From positions 16,680,001 through 16,744,000 of the forward strand of contig NC_045696.1 in the NCBI RefSeq assembly GCF_009834535.1: 64,000 nucleotides of DNA, in the 5' to 3' direction. This document shows, piece by piece, positions 1 to 12,239 of this stretch (the stretch's first letter is position 1; every line of letters begins with the position of its first letter). The position numbers and the translations under genes are program-made. The DNA comes from Camelus ferus. Taxonomy: Eukaryota. The notes below the pieces were generated by a model, which saw only the letters and a list, made by a program, of their open reading frames with translations, did not search any database and had not been told where the DNA came from.

Positions 1-2296
1 GAGTTAGAGAATGCAAGTCCTTTAGAAAGTGTTTAAAAAAGAACACAAAGGGTTTACATTTAGTACATTTTAGGAGAGACATGATATAAGCTTATCTGCT
101 GCAAGCAATGCATGTCTATAACTGACCTTGCTCAGAAAAAATACTCTTGTCAAATTCCTTTTCTATAAATGGAGCGTCTCTCCCTGCGGCTGCTATTGAT
201 TTATCCTTCCAGGGAAGACAAATTTTACAATAGGTCAAGCCTGATATTAGCATCATGGCATCCTCTGTTCATTTTGCTTTAATGGTCTTCTTTACACTTA
301 GTATAAATACTAGGTTAAATAAAAGTATGGTAAGGGTGATGCTTCATTTTTTTTTTTCCTGTCTTTTCTTCAGAATCCTGATGTAACTGTAAAATAATGA
401 TTGCATTGTTTAGCTTGTGAATATTAAATTAGTACCTTTATTTGGATCTTTATAAAATATTAAATTAATTCTACCTATAGGCTGATGCTTCTGCTAATAC
501 CCTACACTAGTTTGAAGTTATTAACATTCTTCATGGCAAGATCGTGTCTGTTTAACAAACTACCCTAGCCTTTTGTTTAGAATTATCTCAGTACTTAATA
601 GACATTCTACTTATTTATTCTGCTGAATAAAATAAATACATAAAAAGTGAATTAGTTATAAGACTGAGAGTGAAGACCAGCCAGTCATTAGCCTAAAGAA
701 GGAATTTTTATAAACATGTTTTTTTCCTACCAGCTTTTGGCAGAAATGAGAAGAGAGAGGTTGTTTTTTTTTTTTTTTCCTCCAGAACTCCAATCATCAT
801 TGATTACAGTTCTGGAATAAAACAAAGTACTTTATTGGAAACTTTGTGTCTACATTGAGCCTCTGGATGGAGGAGGTAATTTAAAGCTTATTTCTCTTCC
901 CAATGTTACTTAAACCAGCTACACTTCATCCTCTGGAAGTTCTCTTCTGATCCTTAGGCTTTGACATGAGATTCTGATGATCTTGCTCCCTGGCTTCACT
1001 GAAATCGTTGCCAAAAGAAACTTTTCATTTTATAAACAGAAATATTCTTCCCTTAAGGTAAGGAGGAATAATGACCAGGCTTGAATCTGGGGTCTTAGTA
1101 AAAAACTGTACACAGTTCAATTCTACTACATAATTTTAAACTATGTACTTTGCACTGTATTTATTTTGGACTAAATAATTCAATTTGATGAGCATTATTA
1201 AAGTTTCCATTATCATGGTCAATTCCAAGGAATGTTGATAAGCTTCCAGTTCATCAGCTGATAATTTTTCTGTAATCATGAGCAAAATAACTACAAATTA
1301 ATGACCAGGAATCATGTAGAATGAAGAGTGAGACTTGAGATAAGTGTTTCAGTACAGACTGTTTCTACTGATCAAAAATCACCAGAGTCCTGCTCAAACC
1401 TTTGCTGCAGTTCCCATGTAAACTTGAAATTTGTAATCTTGGAGGCAATCTGATGAGAAGGAATTGCTAAAGCCTTAGAGAGTAGTAGACACATGTAATC
1501 TACGTTTATACAAAGCCTCAGCTTTGATTTGATGTCTTCCTATTAATGTCTTACAATGGAAGAACCAGAAATTGTATCTAAGTAGTCTTGGGAGAAACAT
1601 CATGGATGTATCAGATGAGCAGTGTATATTCAGATCTGATGTTTTGTCTTACAAATTTCAATATACCTCTTTTCAGGAGAAGAAACAAGAATCTAATGCT
1701 TTATTGCAAGCAATCCTTTAGGTTTGATAAATTCAACCATTCTACTTGCCTTTTTTTTTTTTTTTTTTTTGGTGAATACCTTCCAGTTTTTCAGTTAATT
1801 GCTGCCCCTTTTCTGTTTATATAATTTATCAGGTTACTTATGGGACCAAACTAATTTTACACCGTTATGTTCCCTTCATCTTCTCACATTTTGAACACAG
1901 AATTACCCCTTTTCTTAATCTATTCAGAGTGCCTCACTTAACGTCATTGATATACCCGCAATACATCATTCTGCATTTTCACATGAAGAGGATGAAGCTG
2001 AGAACCAAGCATTCTTTTTGAACATATTCAAATTGTGCTGTCTCGTTGTCACAAATCAACCTCCTAGCCTGGCCACTGTTGGGAACTGGCCAAAAGAACA
2101 AGAGAGAATGTGATTCAATGCAACTCTGATATTCTTAATGCAATATTCAAATATATTGCTAAGCCAGCCATTTTTCGTAAACAAGATGATCATAACGAGG
2201 ATAAGCATATACAAAGCACTGACTGTGTACACTGTGAGTCATTTTGCACATATTATATCCTTTAGAATTAAACCACAAATCCATACTCCATTCTAC

Positions 2297-2786
2297 TTAT
2301 CAGTCAGGGTCTTGGCAAGAAGGAGCTGGCACATTCATCTGAGTAATTTGAAGACACTTTATAAAAGTGCTATTTACACATCTGTAGACAGGGTTTAGGG
2401 AAAACGATTGGCACTGTACCACATAGTGCGAAACCCTGGGGCTAGCAAAGGAGGGAGGCTGTTCCCACCCCAAGGCTTGAAAGTACAAGGGGAGAGAGCA
2501 GTTTACAGGAATCTGAAGAGGGTGGTGGGATGGAAAGGGACAACTAAAGGGGTCTGTATCTTTTATAGAAAAGTACAGTGAACTATTAGGGATTTAATAG
2601 GAAAGCAGCTGGGAGAATCAACAGCCCTCACCCACTCTCCTCCAGCCTTCTGAGCTCTTGCTACTGGCTGAACCCAACTGAACCGTATCCTTTTATTGGA
2701 ATGGAAGTGAGCATTCTGGGCACAAAGCAGGATGCAGGAGGGTGGAGAAGGGACTTGAGGAGGCAAATGGAAGGCATCCTGTATCA
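2297..2786 (-). mobile_element. Old ERVL-MaLR LTR (MLT1K/L-like), decayed
   Basis: Begins tatcagtcagggtcttggcaag...ggcacattc and ends ...ggcaaatggaaggcatcctgtatca, resembling the reverse complement of old MLT1 LTRs as recalled; subfamily uncertain. Confidence 0.6.
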
Positions 2787-2925
2787 TTTCCAAGCATAGT
2801 TTACACCCAGCCCATCATTACCTAGCTCTTGGATCTCTTGATCTCTTTACCTACTATTTGTTTTATCACTTACTTTGCTCTGGTCCTCATATTTTTTTCT
2901 ACAGCACCAGCTCCTAGAACCCCTT

Positions 2926-3428
2926 TGTGAATGAAAAGTGTTCCCTGCCATATCAGTAAACAAAGGATGTTGCAGCCATCAAGTCATTATAGCTGCCCCT
3001 GACAGCAAACCCTAAGGGAACTCAGAATGGAGACAAACGCAAGCCCTCAGCCACTTCAGCTCCCCCCCCCCCCATCAAGTGGTGCACCCTGAGGGGGCTC
3101 AGGATGGGATGCTGGCCCTAGATAGCTAAGGTGCTCATCAAACTAATGATTTCAATGAGCCCAGACCCTTGCATCTTTTCATACATAGAAAAGCGCTAAA
3201 TTCCTTAACTTGAGATATCTGGTTTTCTTTAATTAACACTAATCTTTTGATGTTCCAACTACCTGGGTCTTTGTTGCAAAAACTCTTGTACATCCTGACT
3301 CCTCCCTTACCCCTTTCGAGCAGTCCTTTAGAACTGTCTGAGAGGCTGTCTCCTGGGGCTTGAAGTCCTCAAGAAATCCGCTTAATAAAACATAATTCTC
3401 AACTTTTGTGTGCTATTTTCAGTTGACA
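2926..3428 (+). mobile_element. ERV1-type solo LTR
   Basis: TG...CA termini with imperfect inverted ends (TGTGAATGAAAA / TTTTCAGTTGACA), AATAAA near 3384, flanks cctt/ccta (imperfect 4-bp TSD); interrupts an L2-like tract. Confidence 0.75.
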
Positions 3429-3431
3429 CCT

Positions 3432-3735
3432 AGAGCCTTTTTACCTGTGGATCCACATGCTTGGAATGCCTCCCTTCTAGTGCTTCCTCAGTCCATTTGC
3501 TTCAGTATCAATTGTCACTTCCTTCTAGATCCCTTCTCTGAGCATGTCATCTACAGTGTCCCCTTCACTAGTCACTCATTTACACATCATTTCTTTTATT
3601 TCACTCATAATACATATCAAATCCTGAAGATTCTCTTGTTTATGTCTTTATTAGAATTTATGCTGATAGGATAAAGACTTGTATATCATTTTGATCACTG
3701 CATTTTTTTTCCAGTGCATAGAAAAGTATGCAGAA
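3432..3735 (+). mobile_element. L2 LINE fragment
   Basis: Pyrimidine-rich L2-like motifs (gcttggaatgcctcc, tgtcacttccttctaga, gatcactgcattt...ccagtgcatagaa). Confidence 0.5.
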
Positions 3736-3774
3736 GGAATTCACCAATTTAAAAATGAATCATATATAATTAAG

Positions 3775-3915
3775 TCCTTATAACAATGTTCTTAATTTTA
3801 CAAATGAAGACCCGAGGGACAGCTATGTCTAAGACCATACAGATAGTGAATAATAGGACCAAAGTGAAAGCATAAATATCCTTGATGCCAATATAAGACG
3901 TCTAAACCACTGCCT
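3775..3915 (-). mobile_element. MIR SINE fragment
   Basis: ttttacaaatgaagac...ctaagaccatacagatagtga resembles the reverse MIR core. Confidence 0.45.
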
Positions 3916-4876
3916 CTTAAGAGGGTGATGGAAAAAACACTGTTCTTTATTCGTGACCTGTCAGAGTTAATGGTACTTTACAGGATGGTTAACTTGTAAA
4001 CAAGAAAATAGGTTAGCATTGTAGAAGATTCTGAGTCAATGTTAGTGCTAAAGTAGAGAGGAGAATTTAGAATTCTTAGCTCCAGGTTAAGTACATCTAC
4101 ATAATGGTAGTTTCAGAATGTGCCTTTGGACTGTAAACATTTTCTAATCTACCATATTTCCTTCTGCTCCGTATTGCTTTTCATGATGGCTGGGTAAAGC
4201 CAGAAACAGCTTGTTTGCTGAAATACTAGCTTGAAAAAAATTTTTTTAAATGCAAATTCAGCTCCTGTTGAAAAGAAAAGATGCAATTTATATTCTCTCC
4301 TCATTTTATATTTCAATTAAACTCATTTCTCCCCTTGCTCTCTTGCCTTTTGAATCAGATCCAGTTGGAACGTAGGCGGTAATGTCATCACCTCTGGTCA
4401 AAACAGACATTTTTGCATTTACGTAGCCCTTCCACTATTCTTCCCTGGCTTTTGTTACATAAAGTGAAAACAAAAGCTGATAAAGATGTTGGCAGAGAGG
4501 TGGGAGTGGGAGGCAGTGGGAATGGGGAGAAGAGAATGAGAAAGAAAAATATGTTTTAAGCATTCACAATGGTATTGTTTTCACAGTTTCTTTTTAGGTA
4601 TCATTCCACCAGGAGCAACCCCTTCTGCCGGGGGCCTTTTCTTCATCTACTGTCCACATTTCTCACTCACATCCACTGCTCCTTGTTTTATGAAAAGCTA
4701 CGTGCAGGGGGGAGATAACCACTACCTTAACAATCAGAATTTATCACCTTGACATTTAGTCTTACAATTTATAAATTTGTTTTTGGTTGGCAGTGGGAGA
4801 TAAGAGCATGTTATCTCCATAATTATTCCATTTGATTCATTTTTGCTTCCAAAGCTTCCAAACCTGTCCAACTTAC

Positions 4877-5179
4877 CAGGGTTGTGTTTTCATACAAACT
4901 ATTTCCAAGTTCAGCTGCCAGTCCGTAGATGTTTACAAACTCCGTGGTAGACATAAAGTGGTTTAAAGCCCTGTCTGAACCACTCATCATATTGAGGGCT
5001 CTCAGCACGTGCTTGGAGAGCACCATCCTTCACCCAGTAGCTGACCGTTTTAAAATGAACGTGATCTTTGTCCAAGATTTCAACAATTCTCTGCTTCTTA
5101 GTGTTGTTAAACATAGGATAGTTGATGTAACATGTTTCTTATTTTCAAACATAACAGTGATGTTGAAAAGAATTTTGGA
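4877..5179 (-). other. Candidate 303-nt spliced exon of an unidentified minus-strand transcript (possible first coding exon from ATG 5026)
   Basis: Minus strand: acceptor gtcttatattttAG|TCC at 5180/5179, consensus donor CTG|GTAAGT at 4877/4876, non-repetitive, strong Kozak aggATGg at 5026 open to the donor (50 codons, phase 0). Peptide not recognised. Confidence 0.4.
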
Positions 5180-7309
5180 CTAAAATATAAGACAGCTTGA
5201 AATATAAATCCTTTGAATTTTTAGTTGCAAATGGATAAAACCTTGTCTCTAAAAGGCACATGCAGAGAGAATCTTTTTCACTCCACTAGAGCATCACTAA
5301 TTAGCATAATTATAATTTTCAAAAGGTCATATGATCTTGTTTCTTTCTGCTCACATAGTAAATATAACTGCTTGTCATCCTGTTTTATTGAAGTAAAATC
5401 TAGCATGAAGCAAATTACCACCAATCTTGCCTTCAGGAACAAACTAATGCTAGCGACTTTGAATTGAATTGACCATAACCAGTTCATTTCTTTGTTTGGT
5501 TGTTATATTAAAAAAAAAAATTCCAGGTTGGTTTGAGCGTTAGATAAGAAAATCACGAATTTGGAAGTTTAAGGAAAGTTGCATTGCTCAAATGTCATCT
5601 CAAGGAAAGAGACTCAAATGAGATATGGGAAAAGGAGTCATTATGAAAAGCTTTACAAATTCAAGGCACTGGTTATTACTATGTGACTGAGTCACTCACT
5701 GCTGGATGGTGTGACTAGAGTCATTCTATAGAGTTTTCAAGAGCAGCGTTCTCCAAGTGAGATAGTTTGCTTTTGGCATTTCCGGTTAAATGCATTTGCT
5801 TTTTGAGGCTAAGTTTGCCACATATTCCTTGTGGTTTCAGCACCTGAAATAGTTCATGTAGCTAATAGGCTAGAACCTTCTATGATTCCCCCATGATTCA
5901 CTGGGGCCCAGAGTTCACTTGACTACTAGCTTGTAGATAGCCTGGCAAGTACTGTTCTCAAGCTTGAAAAAAAAGCCCTCTTAATTCAGGGGAAGTGCAT
6001 GGTCTGAATCAAGTACTGCCCCAGGCTCCTGGCAGATTTTCAGAGTTTAGCTTCAGAAGGCCTTTGAAGCTGTGAAGTCAAAAGTTGCTGGCTCGCCTGA
6101 GATGTTGAGAGCCTTCTTCTTGTAGGGGACCTTGAGCTACAAGTCCAGTGCCTGGCATACCACATGTAGTCAGTATATCTTTAGTTGAATCTACTTTGGG
6201 AATGTACACTCATTTTTTTTTAAGCAGGTAGTAGGTTTGTGAATAAAAACAACACATCAGAGGTGAGAAGTAAAAAAGCATACCATAGAAGAGATACGAA
6301 AGCAGCAGGAACAGGCAACTTCAGAAGCTGTGTCAGCCCATTTCTGAATATTTGGAGTCTAAGGGAGGGTTTGGGTGTTGAGAGGAAGCCACACTATTTG
6401 GCTTCCTCATTATTTATACTCTTGAAGACCTTCCAAATTTGAAGCAGACTCCACAGGATGAATGGCTAGGAAATATGATGAGGAAGTCTCTAAGAAGATG
6501 GTCTTTGTGTCTGTTTATTTCACCCTTGGTTGTTATTGGGAATTCTTTGTGAACTAAATAGAAGTGATATGCACAAGACGCTCCCCAGCCCGTAACCCCA
6601 TCAGGCAGGGCACTACCTGTCACCACAATCTCAGGGAACTTGGGCTTTTAAACTCTTGACTTTAATGCTCCCCTCTTCTCCCGTGCAACATGCTTTTTAA
6701 AAATTCTTCAAGCAACAAAAGAGTATCCTGGGTACTCTGTGAACTCCTTCTGTCCCCACCATAGTTTCCTAGTTTGCTTTTGTTTTACACTATCTTCAAC
6801 TTCAACAATTTTTTCTTTTTGTATTATTATTCTTTTTTCTACTCTGAGTAGTCTTTTGGCCAGAAGGCCTTCTTAATCCATGACCACTTTTTTTAGTGGT
6901 TCTTATTTCTCTGACTATAATTCATAGAAAACACAATTCTTGATTCTAACCCCTTCCATCTCAAATTTTGGATGGAATTGAAGGAGAGAAGAGGCCCCTT
7001 CTGTGACTCTGATCTAATCCAATTAGATCCACTGTCTCAAGAGTCCATGGGTATGTTTTGGCCTCAGAGTGGGAACCTAAGAAATGTAACTGACAGTTTT
7101 AAATTGGAATAATCTTGGGTTATATAACCCATGACATTGTAGTTTTTTTTTTCCTTCTGTTTTCTGTTTCTATCTCCATTATTCTCATATCTGTTTTTCT
7201 GAGCCACTTCTTGACACATCAATTTTCTCCTGTTTCCTACCAGTCATATTGAAATTCATACTCTGGCCTTTGACTATTATTATAATAATGATTATGGTAA
7301 TTAACAACG

Positions 7310-7545
7310 GTAATAATAACGGCTACATTTACTGCACATACACTATATGCCAAACATTTCTGCAGCATTTTACTTATATTTTCATTTAGCTCTCAAACAA
7401 TGCTTTGAATTAAGGATCATTATTATCCTCATTTTGCAAGTTAAGAAATAGAGTGCAAGAGAAGTTAATTCACTTACCAAAAATCACATCATTAATAATT
7501 GATAGAAAGGATTCCAAGATTTGTCTGAAATCGGAGCCTATATTC
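7310..7545 (-). mobile_element. MIR SINE, interrupted; continues ~8217-8250
   Basis: cattattatcctcattttgcaag...gagaagttaattcacttaccaaaaatcaca is the reverse MIR core; remainder (cagaacctatgttcttaatcatg) resumes after two L1 insertions. Confidence 0.6.
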
Positions 7546-7559
7546 ACTTTGTGAAAGTT

Positions 7560-7747
7560 TGTTTACTTATCTATTTATTTATTTTCAATTATACAGTGCA
7601 GTGTTATCATCAACTATAGTTTCTAAGTTTTTCATTAGACAGATCCCCAGACCTTAATCATCCTGTAACTGGAAGTTGGTACACATTCCACCAATCTCTC
7701 CCTATTTCTGCCACCCCTCCAGCACCTGGCAATGAATTTTCTACTTT
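7560..7747 (-). mobile_element. Older L1 3' end fragment (L1MA9/10-like)
   Basis: T-rich tail then cattagacagatccccagacctta...ccacccctccagcacctggcaa, typical reversed L1 3' UTR. Confidence 0.7.
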
Positions 7748-7757
7748 CAGAACCTAT

Positions 7758-8216
7758 ATATATTATTTTAATAATTGAGGTATAGTCGGTTTACAACACT
7801 GTGTTAATTTCTGGTATACAGCATAGTGATTCAGTTATATACATATATAGTCCTTTTCATATTCTTTTTTATTATAGGCCATTACAAGATATTAAATATA
7901 GTTACCTGTGCTATATAGTAGGACCTTGTCATTTATTTATTTTATAGATAGTAGTTAGTATCTGCAAATCCCGAACTCCCAATTTATCCCTCCATTCCCT
8001 CTTTGTCCCCTGGTAACCACAGTTTGTTTTCTATGTCTGTGAGTCTATCTCTGTTTTGTAAATAAGATCATTTGTGTAACTTTTTTAGATTCCACATATA
8101 AGTGATATCATATGGTATTTTTCTTTCTCTTTCTGGCTACTTCACTTAGTATGAGACTCTCCAGTTCCATCCATGTTGCTCCAAATGGCATTATTTTATT
8201 TTATTTTTTTTAAATG
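7758..8216 (-). mobile_element. 5'-truncated camelid-type L1 3' end with TSD
   Basis: attgaggtatagtcggtttacaa...gattccacatataagtgatatcatatggta...catccatgttgctccaaatggc; exact direct repeat CAGAACCTAT at 7748-7757 and 8217-8226. Confidence 0.85.
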
Positions 8217-10204
8217 CAGAACCTATGTTCTTAATCATGACATTGTACCATCAGTCCCACTAATGAAGTATTTATTATCATACCCTGGTTTCCATCCCAA
8301 GCTTAGGGGGAAAGTAAAAGTATGAACTTCTTATTTCTCTTTTTATTTTATTATATTTTTATATGCTGAATAAAAAAAAAAAATCTGTTTTGGCAGAGAT
8401 GAGCTCAAATAATGGGAGACAAGAATAATCCTCACACACTGTCTTCAGCATCACCAAGTTGGGACTGGGAAGAGACTGGCCAGGGACAAGAAGCCAAGGA
8501 AACACGTGGGCAGCTGTGCCCATGGGAGTGAGTCAGAGTCACCACCTGAACCCGTAATAGGGCTGGTTGCTCTGAAATCTTTGGACAGACACACAGGCCA
8601 AATTGTGACCTACTGTCTGCCTAAAACTTCTAATTTCTTCAGGAAGAAAATGTAACTGAATTAATTCTTGCTTGAATTCACATTTGCGACCCTACTGAAT
8701 AAACAAAATGGTGACTGAGGTATGGGGTTCATGTAGTTAGTCCTGATCAGAAAGCCACCCAGACTGAGTGCATGATGTAGCCATAGCTCTTATAATTTCT
8801 GGGAGTTATTTCCCAACAATTATTATGTTATTTTAAATGAGAAAGAGAAGCTATTCAGTAATCAGGATTGTCATGAGATTGTGGTTACAGGGAAGAAGTT
8901 AAACACTTCAGCGACTTTCGTATGTGATTTAGTCATATTTTTATCAGTTGTCTTTCAACCCTACTGTTAATTATAACCTATTATTTTGGAGGAGGGGAAT
9001 ACAGCAGTTGTGATTTTTTTTCACTTCTTTAGTTTCTGTGCTGAGAGTCCTCAGTTTCGATGCTTTCTTGGAACAACTGTAATAAAGCAATGTGTTCTAT
9101 TCCTTGTTTAATAAGATAAAACCAGTGGGATGTCCTACTTTCAGAAATGTTTGATAAAGTGTCCTTCTCACTGAGCTGAGAGAAAAGGCAATGGATTTTC
9201 TTTTCCATTTTATGAGCTCTAGGATGCAAAGTCCCTAAGTATATTACACTGTTCTTTATGTGACTTTTTCACAACATCCTCTTTTCTCTCTTCTAGTTCT
9301 TTTGAATAATTCTCACAGTTCTCCGGGAGCTGCTAATCAGTTTAGCTTGTGAAGTCTAGGATGGAACAAAGTACATTACTGGTGCAGGGAGATGAGATTT
9401 TTCTGAGTAAGACAGCATGGCTATTTGACATCTTTTTTCATTTACTAAGAACCGAGATTTAATAAAATTCTTAGTAAACCATAGCTGTTTTTTGCTTTCT
9501 TAAATTAATGTATTAATACTAATTAACATAAGTTAATACATACTATGCACTGAAATGAAATACACATGCTTCTCAGTTTACAAGAGCATTTTACTTTTAG
9601 GTGTTTTATTAACATATGCGAGCCACTATTAGAAATAGCTTAGTCTTAACTTAGAAAAACACCCATTGCAGTACTGGGCAATACCCTGCAGGATTTTACA
9701 ACAGCAAATTATAAATAAATGACAGCCAGAGGCATAGTCTCTTTACCTATGTGGTTTCTGTAATTACGTATAGTATTTTGAGGCTCTGTGCATGTCCACG
9801 TGCATTTCATAATTTGCTTTCATTATACTGATTGTGGCTTAGCTGCTAAAGATTGAGAAGGTAGTACAAATCAAAGAGTAAATAGTTTTAAAATTATTTA
9901 TAGTTTTTTAAAAAAACTTACATAAACTTCAAACTCTGCCAGTATAAGGGAAACTGAGCCTCCATCCTTCAACACCACCATTTCCCTGATGGGAAATACA
10001 TGACATGTTGGGCTGTTGGAATATAAAGGAGTATTTTTACAGTAATTTTAAGAAGAAATTTCTTAGATGTTTACATATCAGAGAAATCTCTCTCATGCTC
10101 TACTTTCTTTAATAACACTTGATTTCCAGACCTTAACTTTTTTCATTTTTGGCTTTGAGAGTTCACAAATTATTATTATTATTTTTAAAATGATTTGTAC
10201 CCTG

Positions 10205-10334
10205 ATTTTATTTATTTATTTAGTGTGTGGTAGGTTATTTATTATTCATTTTTTAATGGAGGTACTGGGGATTGAACCCAGGACCTTGTGCATGCTAAGC
10301 ACACATTCTACCACTGAGCTGTACCCTCCTCCCC
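10205..10334 (-). mobile_element. tRNA-derived camelid SINE (Vic-1-like)
   Basis: Reverse complement reads ggagggtacagctcagtggtagaatgtgtgcttagcatgcacaaggtcctgggttcaatccccagtacctcca plus A-rich tail; pol III A and B boxes present. Confidence 0.85.
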
Positions 10335-10539
10335 TACTTTGGTTTTGTTAATGACATAAAAGTATTCACTATTATTTAGAAATATTAGCTGTGTTCTTTT
10401 CTAGCCTATGTGATGATGACTGAAAAGTGGGGATAAATGTATTGAAAAAATTATAAAATCTTTTTCCTTTGTCTCCCATTATATGAATGGCTGCTTTGCA
10501 AACTTCCAAGTTCCCCTGTCACCCCTCAAATCTCCTTGA

Positions 10540-10710
10540 ATAGAAGTTCTAAAACTTTGGTTTGAATGGACATTGTCTGGGGATATTGGTAAAAATATAG
10601 ATTGCAGGTACCCATTCCTAGAGATTCTGACTTGGAGAAATAAAGATTCATCACATGACTATTTTTAACAAGTCCCCCAAATAATTCTGACACCGATAGT
10701 CCATATTCAC
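10540..10710. mobile_element. hAT-Charlie MITE (MER5A-like)
   Basis: aaaaatatagattgc...cctagagattctgactt...atttttaacaagtcccccaaataattctga matches recalled MER5 motifs. Confidence 0.55.
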
Positions 10711-11869
10711 ATTATGTCCTGGTCATTAACAAAGAATGAGAAACTTGTGGCTTTACAAGCAGCCTTGAGGCATTTCCAAATTATGATGGAGCAATGCTCT
10801 TTTTTCTCGGTAAACATTCTTTTAGTATGAACACTCATGTTTCATAAAATGAACCACCAGTGACCTGGCTGTGAAATTCTGTTAAACAAGTTTATTTGAA
10901 ATGAAAAACAAGTATACATAGAGTTCATCTTTTACTTCTGTCTTGAAAGCAATTTAAAGAGGCTTTATTGACAAAAAAAACCCCTGAACATATTCAACTA
11001 TTCTTTTTCATCCCTGAAGTTGAATATTCTTCTTTGGAGAATTCATTATAATGAGAAAATGCTAGAAAAGAAAAAAGATACTTAAACTTTAAAGAAGACT
11101 TTCCTGGTTAGTATCAATGGCAGTCCTGCTCTAAATTTTGTCAGTTTGGAAAAACCTAGTGGAAACAATAAGATTCTCGGGAAAGTTCTTTAAAGAACTG
11201 ACCTGTAAGTTGCTTGAAAGGCCAGCCCAGAGGGAAAAAACAAACGCTTCGTACTCCAGTGCCATCAGTAGGCAGGTCGTCTTCACTTGTGTCATCTTTT
11301 TACCCCCGCTTACTGGTCCTAAGTAATTTATTTTTTATTTCATGTGTTAAATTTAGTGCCCAGAAAAGCAAACTGCTTAAGTGACATTTTAAAACAGACA
11401 GTATCAAAAGAAAAAAAAAAATTATAAACCCCTCTGACCTCTCTGGAGAGAACTCTCTTGCAACCAAAATCAATATTCTTTGTCAACCTGGGGAAAGAAA
11501 TAAGAGATATATGGATGCAATGAAGGGGAAACTGGACACATTTCAAAAAAGAAACAAATTGGAAACTCTACTCAGGCATATGTATTTCCAGGCAAAGACT
11601 CCTGAACCATAGGGGGTTCAGTTTTTCTGTAAAGATTTGAACTTTTCAGATCTGATCTCAGTAGCTTTGCAGGATAATCCTCCAGTGACTTTAATGGTTT
11701 TAAAAGGCTCCTTGCGATTGTGACATGTTGGATTCATCTACACTTTCCAAATCGAAATTCATTTATTTCTTGAAATGCAAGGCAAACTTGGCTTCTGTTT
11801 TTGATAATTACACAGTGACAGCTGCAATACTTTGATGTTAATATCTTGCTTACCTCCATGATACGTGTT

Positions 11870-12010
11870 CTATCATTATCTCCACTTTCAGAAGAGAAAG
11901 TGAAGGATCATAGGAGATGAAGTAATCCACTCAAGGCCATGTAACTAGGAAGAGGAAGAACTGGGATTTTTTTTTAAATCTGTCTGGTTTTAGAGCCCAC
12001 ATTGTTAACT
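11870..12010 (-). mobile_element. MIR SINE
   Basis: attatctccactttcagaagagaaagtgaagg...aaggccatgtaactaggaagagg...gagcccacattgttaac. Confidence 0.6.
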
Positions 12011-12239
12011 TCTCTGTGATACGTGCAACAGTGCTGAGTTATGGGGATGATCTGCATTTAATTCATTATAGTGGACCATCTCTAATTCTTGATTATGCCT
12101 TAAATGCTTTTGAAATAACTTGAATGGAAATATACACTCTGTTGATATATTTAGAAATAAGCTATTGCAAATTAGTATGACTATTGTCAAAATTTGATTC
12201 TGATATATCATCCTTCATGTTGAAAATGTAAATTTAGCT

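Noticed and set aside
4905..4997. Minus-strand ATGATGA ... CTGA pair 80 nt apart (C/D snoRNA-like)
   Set aside because: No canonical terminal stem, no recognisable rRNA/snRNA guide, and it overlaps the exon candidate
5027..5035. Single in-frame TGA as possible selenocysteine codon
   Set aside because: No selenoprotein-like context or SECIS evidence; one stop in 101 codons is readily explained otherwise
11314..11487. Minus-strand acceptor/donor pair (174 nt)
   Set aside because: Interior has a poly-T run, AATAAA motifs and intron-like composition; likely pseudo-exon
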